From a virus (Duplodnaviria; Heunggongvirae; Uroviricota; Caudoviricetes), in the IMG/VR virus record IMGVR_UViG_2529292923_000021, positions 1 through 19,983 of that record: a DNA stretch of 19,983 nucleotides; one strand, 5' to 3'. Both the position numbers and the translations under genes were made by a program. Positions 15,289-19,983 of the stretch are shown here, in pieces. The notes beneath the pieces were generated by a model. That model had not been told where the DNA came from and searched no databases. It saw only the letters and a list, made by a program, of their open reading frames with translations. The number at the start of each line of letters is the position of its first letter. The first letter of the stretch is position 1.

Positions 15289-15870
15289 TTGATGATTAAT
15301 TCAACCATTACCCCTGAACCTACATTAACAGGCATCCGTTTTGGTAATCGAATTATTGGTTATTCAACTGCGGTTCGCCAGATCGACAACGGTAACTATG
15401 ACAAACGAATTCCGGACGGGCTCGATCTGATAGCTTGCATTATGGAAGGGATTGAAAGCGGCTGGTTTATGCCGTGTATTGAAAAACAAATCATCCTATG
15501 GCGCTGGCTTGTTGTCGCCGTGTTCATTGCTGAGGAGCAGGAGAAGAACGGGACTGTCGATGTTCAGAATGACAAGGGCGGCGTAGATACAGCCGTTGTA
15601 TACACAGGAAAACCCGGTTCAATCAGCATTTATCCATGGTCTGAGCGCTTCGCGCTCGCTAACCATATCGAGGCGGGCGCAATTGAAAAATACGGGCCTG
15701 ACGTTGGCCAGCAGATGGCGCTGCGTATGTATCAGGACATGGTTGTAACTGACGAGAAATGCGGATTCAGGCTGTCAGCGATGGGCCGGGAGGGACTCAA
15801 CATACTACATGACAGCTTCATTGAACTGATTCAGAAAGACGGTATGCCAGACATGCCGGTTATGCACTGA
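15289..15870 (+). CDS. Hypothetical protein (193 aa)
   Basis: AAGGAGAG Shine-Dalgarno upstream of the ATG; no motif recognised. Confidence 0.65.
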   Translation: MMINSTITPEPTLTGIRFGNRIIGYSTAVRQIDNGNYDKRIPDGLDLIACIMEGIESGWFMPCIEKQIILWRWLVVAVFIAEEQEKNGTVDVQNDKGGVDTAVVYTGKPGSISIYPWSERFALANHIEAGAIEKYGPDVGQQMALRMYQDMVVTDEKCGFRLSAMGREGLNILHDSFIELIQKDGMPDMPVMH

Positions 15871-15881
15871 GGTGGACGAAA

Positions 15882-16628
15882 ATGAACATAGTAACGATCA
15901 ATAACAAACAGCTTCCGGCAGTCGAATATCGCGGTCAGCGTGTTGTGACGCTGGCGATGATTGATGAAGTCCACCAGCGACCGGAAGGAACAGCGCGTGC
16001 AGCATTCAACCGAAACCGTGAGCATTTCATCAGCGGTGTGGATTATGCCGAATTAGGTGCGGACGTAATACGTACGGACCTCCCGGAAGGAACATTCTCT
16101 AAATTTGCACCATCAGGGATTGTACTTTTTGAATCAGGTTACCTGATGTTGACGAAGCCATTCAATGACGCCCTTGCCTGGCAGGTTCAGCGCGAACTGG
16201 TTAACAGCTACTTCCGCACTCGCACACCGCTAACGGAAATCGAGATGATCGCTGCGATAGCCGCCGACGCTGTTCGTCAACAGAAGCGCCTGAATCATGT
16301 GGAAGAACAGCTCGAAACAGTCACAGAAGCGGTGGAAACCATCAAACGCGGAAATATGCGCGCCGGATATGTCGGTTATCGCCAGGTGGTCGCCAAAAGC
16401 GGAATGACTGATGCTAAGTGCCGCAATCTGGTCAATGCCTACAGCATCCCAACCGATACGCACGAATTTATGACACCAGATGGTCTTCTTTCGCGCCGGG
16501 CTATCGTGGAGCTGGAGCCATTCATGAAAGCATTTCATCAGATGATGTCAGAGGCAGAGCCACGTGGTACCCGCTGGTATCACCCGAAGATGGGGCTGTT
16601 TCAGGTGATTGGTTGGGAGGGTAAATAA
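15882..16628 (+). CDS. ORF6N-domain protein (KilA-N superfamily; Rha/antirepressor-like)
   Basis: N-terminal GQRVVTLAMIDEVHQRPEGTARAAFNRNREHFISGVDYAELG matches the ORF6N pattern QRVxT...NFNRNKERFxEGKHY (recalled from memory). Confidence 0.6.
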   Translation: MNIVTINNKQLPAVEYRGQRVVTLAMIDEVHQRPEGTARAAFNRNREHFISGVDYAELGADVIRTDLPEGTFSKFAPSGIVLFESGYLMLTKPFNDALAWQVQRELVNSYFRTRTPLTEIEMIAAIAADAVRQQKRLNHVEEQLETVTEAVETIKRGNMRAGYVGYRQVVAKSGMTDAKCRNLVNAYSIPTDTHEFMTPDGLLSRRAIVELEPFMKAFHQMMSEAEPRGTRWYHPKMGLFQVIGWEGK

Positions 16629-16966
16629 TGTCACTCATTACACAAAATTTCCGCCTCAATGCGCTGGCAAATCAGTATGCGGCGGCACTGCACAACCACA
16701 TATCCGCCACCAGCGGTGGTCATTTCCTGATTAATGTCAATGGGCAATCCATACGAGTAAACATCATCGGTGGGGTTAAAGGCATCAGGGACTTAATCGA
16801 TGGTTATGCTCTGAAGGCTATCAAAGAAAATTACCCCCAATGGGAAGCCGTTGGTATTCAACTGTTAAGCAAATGCGTTCGTGGAAACGAGCTGACGCAA
16901 AGCGGCAAAGAAATCTGGCAGAGCATGGTCAACGACATGAGCGATACCGTTATGGGGAACATGTAA
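16628..16966 (+). CDS. Hypothetical protein (112 aa)
   Basis: Start overlaps the previous stop; no motif recognised. Confidence 0.55.
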   Translation: MSLITQNFRLNALANQYAAALHNHISATSGGHFLINVNGQSIRVNIIGGVKGIRDLIDGYALKAIKENYPQWEAVGIQLLSKCVRGNELTQSGKEIWQSMVNDMSDTVMGNM

Positions 16967-17188
16967 ATGAAAATCCAATACCAGGACTATGGCGCCGTAG
17001 CGAACATCGTGATCACCAGTTCCTGCCTGACATTGCAAAAGCATAACCGCGTTGTTGATGCGGTGCTGTTTAATGTACAGGGGATCTCTGAAAACCGCAG
17101 CGGCTTTTTCTGGGTTAAGTCATCGTTGTCAGGAAAAACACGCGACATCCTGCGCGCCTACAAAATCGTACAGCGGGAGGCAAAGTGA
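16967..17188 (+). CDS. Hypothetical protein (73 aa)
   Basis: Begins one nucleotide after the previous stop. Confidence 0.5.
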   Translation: MKIQYQDYGAVANIVITSSCLTLQKHNRVVDAVLFNVQGISENRSGFFWVKSSLSGKTRDILRAYKIVQREAK

Positions 17189-17283
17189 TGAAGTCATTCC
17201 TCCTGTCCATACTGTTTAGTCTGCTGCTGGCGTCCGTCGTTTTCGGTACGCTGATTGAATATAAATTTTTAATGAATTACTGA
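17188..17283 (+). CDS. Putative small membrane peptide (31 aa)
   Basis: ATG overlaps the upstream stop (GTGATGA); MKSFLLSILFSLLLASVVFGTLIEYKFLMNY contains a single predicted transmembrane helix. Confidence 0.35.
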   Translation: MKSFLLSILFSLLLASVVFGTLIEYKFLMNY

Positions 17284-17465
17284 GGTGCGGGGTGGGCAAG
17301 ATCAAAAACCCAGTTGTACTTATCCATAAGCGAGAAAATAGTGACTCCTACGCCGTTACAATCACCTGCGGTAGCCAGAACTATCACGACGCCGTTCTGA
17401 TGGCGTCGATGGAACTGGATATGAGTGACGATGATGTCGATACCTAGAGTAAAACAGGCTATTAC

Positions 17466-17921
17466 ATGGCTGAAGAAATCGAGCGACTGAAACAAGCACT
17501 TTCCGCTGCGGAAAATAATCTGATTGATTCCGAATGCCTCGTAGCTGAATTAAGCAAAGCAAAGGATCACGCATATGGGCTGGTCGACACATACGACTGG
17601 CAACGTCAGCGTCTCCACGCAGCCGCTGAGAAAGTCCTCAAATGGTGCAGACAAGAAGCTGAACACCGTACCGGCGATCCAGAGAAAGCAGAAAACTATG
17701 CGTGCGTTAAAGAACTACGCGACGCATTAACTTTTTGCAAAAGTTCTGAAAGCAGCAAGAAGAAAGGCCTGACTATCACCCTGCCCGATATCACATCAAA
17801 GGCATTCTGGAGCGGTACCGGAAAAAACGCAAAATTCCATCCGGCAACCTATAAACGCTGGGTGAAAGAAGCTATTAAACGGGATTGTGTTATTGCCGGG
17901 ATCGGCGTGGAGGTGAAATGA
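17466..17921 (+). CDS. Hypothetical protein (151 aa) with a coiled-coil-like N-terminus
   Basis: ORF in the early operon; no motif recognised. Confidence 0.6.
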   Translation: MAEEIERLKQALSAAENNLIDSECLVAELSKAKDHAYGLVDTYDWQRQRLHAAAEKVLKWCRQEAEHRTGDPEKAENYACVKELRDALTFCKSSESSKKKGLTITLPDITSKAFWSGTGKNAKFHPATYKRWVKEAIKRDCVIAGIGVEVK

Positions 17922-18004
17922 TGAATTGGCCTGAAGCATTCACCGCAGTAGGAGTTGCAATAGCGGTGGCATTTATTCTGTATTCGCTTTTCCGCTGGGG
18001 ATAA
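17918..18004 (+). CDS. Putative small membrane peptide (28 aa)
   Basis: ATG overlaps the upstream stop (ATGATGA); MMNWPEAFTAVGVAIAVAFILYSLFRWG contains a single hydrophobic helix. Confidence 0.35.
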   Translation: MMNWPEAFTAVGVAIAVAFILYSLFRWG

Positions 18005-18008
18005 AGGA

Positions 18009-18251
18009 ATGTTCGCTCTGATTCAACGTGGTCAGATATACACCGATAGTGCTGGCTACCCGATAAAAATTATTCGCTGCATAAACAACACTGTGTTGTA
18101 CAGAAGAATGGATGGGCGAACACAGTCGGTAAAAATAAACGATTTTAATGAACTGTTTGAACGGATCGATCACCAGGAATACCGACAAATTCTGGCAGAA
18201 ACAGAGCAGGAAGCTCATCTGAAAAAATTACGAGCCATGAAAAGGAAGTAA
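18009..18251 (+). CDS. Hypothetical protein (80 aa)
   Basis: AAAGGA Shine-Dalgarno upstream; basic C-terminus. Confidence 0.55.
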   Translation: MFALIQRGQIYTDSAGYPIKIIRCINNTVLYRRMDGRTQSVKINDFNELFERIDHQEYRQILAETEQEAHLKKLRAMKRK

Positions 18252-18254
18252 AGA

Positions 18255-18401
18255 ATGAATAAAGCATTTGAACGATGGGTCCACCAGCGTTACGGCAATC
18301 GCTATGACCTGACACGAGATGTTGACGGTTTCTACTGTCGTGAAATTGTGAAACGAATGTTTGAAGTGTGGTGCCACTGCCGTGGGCTGAGTGTTGTGTG
18401 A
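18255..18401 (+). CDS. Hypothetical small protein (48 aa)
   Basis: AAGGAAG 7 nt upstream of the ATG at 18255; below the ORF-track length cut-off. Confidence 0.4.
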   Translation: MNKAFERWVHQRYGNRYDLTRDVDGFYCREIVKRMFEVWCHCRGLSVV

Positions 18402-18408
18402 GGTTGGC

Positions 18409-18663
18409 ATGCAGACAATCATCTATCAGATAACCCCCAGCAAATGGTGTACGGAGAGAGTCCTCATTGCATCAACAGGGCTAAAGCCTGGCACCATTGA
18501 GCGGGCAAGAAGAAAGTCATGGATGCAGGGAAAAGAATACCGCCATTACGCTGTAGAAGGTGATCCGGGGCACTACAGTGAATGCCTGTACAACATCGAA
18601 GAAATTATGCGATGGATCGAAAACCAGAAACAACCAGGTGCCAAAAATGCAAGTTCCGGTTAA
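18409..18663 (+). CDS. xis: Excisionase-like protein (putative Xis); ORF track start at 18391
   Basis: Small basic protein immediately upstream of the integrase on the same strand; called by position and size. Confidence 0.5.
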   Translation: MQTIIYQITPSKWCTERVLIASTGLKPGTIERARRKSWMQGKEYRHYAVEGDPGHYSECLYNIEEIMRWIENQKQPGAKNASSG

Positions 18664-18696
18664 CCTGTTAATGCTCCTGGACGTCTGGGAGGTTTA

Positions 18697-19983
18697 ATGA
18701 GTAACGCATCATACCCGACAGGCGTTGAAAACCATGGAGGATCACTCCGTATATGGTTTCACTATAATGGCAAACGTGTCAGAGAAAACCTCGGTGTTCC
18801 TGACACAGCCAAAAACCGGAAGATCGCTGGTGAACTTCGCACTTCCGTTTGTTTTGCAATCAGAATGGGGAGTTTCGACTACGCCGCGCAGTTCCCTAAT
18901 TCCCCTAACCTGAAACACTTTGGTCTGGGAAAAAGAGAGATAACCGTTAAGGCACTTTCGGAAAAATGGTTGGACCTTAAGAAAATTGAGATTTGTGCGA
19001 ATGCACTTAACCGTTACCAGTCAGTAATTAAAAACATGTTACCAATGTTAGGTGAAAAAAAACTGGTTTCATCCATAACAAAAGAGGATTTACTTTTCGT
19101 AAGGAGAGATTTGTTGACCGGTTACCAAAAGCTTTCTAATGGAAAGACTTCTTCCATAAAAGGGCGCTCAGTGGTCACGGTAAACTACTATATGACAACC
19201 ATAGCTGGAATGTTTCAATTTGCAACAGATAATGGTTATACCTCAGGAAACCCATTTAACGGTCTGGCTCCCTTAAAAAAGTCCAAGGTAAAACCAGATC
19301 CTCTCACCCGTGACGAATTTATTCGTTTTATTGAGGCTTGCCGTCATCAACAAACAAAAAACCTGTGGATTCTCGCTGTATACACGGGTATTCGTCACGG
19401 GGAGTTGGTATCGCTGGCATGGGAAGATATAGACCTTAAAGCAAGGACTATAACCATCCGTAGAAATTATACAAAACTTGGCGAATTCACTCCACCAAAA
19501 ACCGATGCAGGCACCGGAAGGACAATTCATCTGGTTCAACCAGCTATTGATGCTCTTAAAAGCCAGGCGGAAATGACCATGCTTGGAAAGCAACATTCTG
19601 TAGAGGTGAAGCAGAGGGAATATGGGAGAACTGCTGTGCATAAATGCACTTTTGTTTTTAGTCCTCAGGTAACAAAACAGCAGCAGTTGTCCGGACCTCA
19701 CTACAAGGTTGACTCCATCAGGGAGTCATGGACAAGTATCTTAAAACGCGCAGGTCTGAGACACAGAAAATCGTACCAATCCAGGCATACTTATGCATGC
19801 TGGTCACTTGCCGCAGGAGCTAATCCTAGTTTTATCGCAAGCCAGATGGGCCACACAAACGCACAAATGGTATTCAATGTTTACGGAGCATGGATGAAAG
19901 ACAACAATCACGAACAGATAGAACTCCTTAACAAAAGACTATCTGAAAGTGTCCCATGTATGCCCCATAAGAAAGTTGGGTAA
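18697..19983 (+). CDS. int: Tyrosine site-specific integrase (phage integrase family)
   Basis: 428 aa; catalytic-domain motifs include IRHGEL, HxxR-type SRHTYACW and the C-terminal Tyr region NVYGAWM. Last gene of the early operon; its stop codon is the last three bases of the window. Confidence 0.9.
   Translation: MSNASYPTGVENHGGSLRIWFHYNGKRVRENLGVPDTAKNRKIAGELRTSVCFAIRMGSFDYAAQFPNSPNLKHFGLGKREITVKALSEKWLDLKKIEICANALNRYQSVIKNMLPMLGEKKLVSSITKEDLLFVRRDLLTGYQKLSNGKTSSIKGRSVVTVNYYMTTIAGMFQFATDNGYTSGNPFNGLAPLKKSKVKPDPLTRDEFIRFIEACRHQQTKNLWILAVYTGIRHGELVSLAWEDIDLKARTITIRRNYTKLGEFTPPKTDAGTGRTIHLVQPAIDALKSQAEMTMLGKQHSVEVKQREYGRTAVHKCTFVFSPQVTKQQQLSGPHYKVDSIRESWTSILKRAGLRHRKSYQSRHTYACWSLAAGANPSFIASQMGHTNAQMVFNVYGAWMKDNNHEQIELLNKRLSESVPCMPHKKVG

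Noticed and set aside
15831-16624. ORFs 15831-16025 (minus), 16230-16538 (minus) and 16418-16624 (plus) within the ORF6N-domain gene
   Set aside because: Overlap a longer ORF with a recognisable domain.
17277-17592. Minus-strand ORFs 17277-17495 and 17362-17592; also a possible plus-strand GTG-initiated 52-aa ORF at 17292-17450
   Set aside because: The minus-strand ORFs are antisense to the operon and overlap the 151-aa gene. The GTG ORF is plausible from spacing but has no ATG and only a weak ribosome-binding site, so it is not called.
17973-18422. Minus-strand ORFs 17973-18218 and 18228-18422
   Set aside because: Antisense to coupled plus-strand genes just upstream of xis and int.
19273-19701. 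Minus-strand 142-aa ORF inside the integrase gene
   Set aside because: Lies wholly within the well-supported integrase ORF on the opposite strand.
1-19983. CRISPR arrays, IS elements or transposases, rRNA genes
   Set aside because: No regularly spaced direct repeats, no transposase-like ORF with terminal inverted repeats, and no rRNA-like conserved sequence were seen by eye.

Overview
The window reads as most of a lambdoid (lambda/phage-21-like) prophage in inverted orientation. Minus strand, left to right: portal, gpW, terminase large and small subunits, a probable cos region, a phage-21-type lysis cassette (Rz/Rz1, SAR endolysin, pinholin), an AT-rich accessory ('moron') gene on the opposite strand, Q antiterminator, then an unusual block (284-aa unknown, SF2 helicase with zinc ribbon, 122-aa nuclease-like protein) where O/P replication genes would be expected, and a Cro-like gene. 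Plus strand from 12.6 kb: a cI-like repressor, a pL-like promoter and a long early operon of small unknown proteins (HTH protein, small acidic proteins, a HigB/RelE-like toxin-like ORF, an ORF6N-domain protein, short hydrophobic peptides), ending in excisionase and tyrosine integrase at the window edge. No rRNA, intact tRNA, CRISPR array or IS element was recognised. The best candidates for undescribed biology are the antisense AT-rich gene between Q and the lysis genes (about 6.7-8.0 kb), the helicase/nuclease-like block, and the early-operon cargo. All calls rest on reading the ORF translations, recalled family motifs and synteny; no searches were run.
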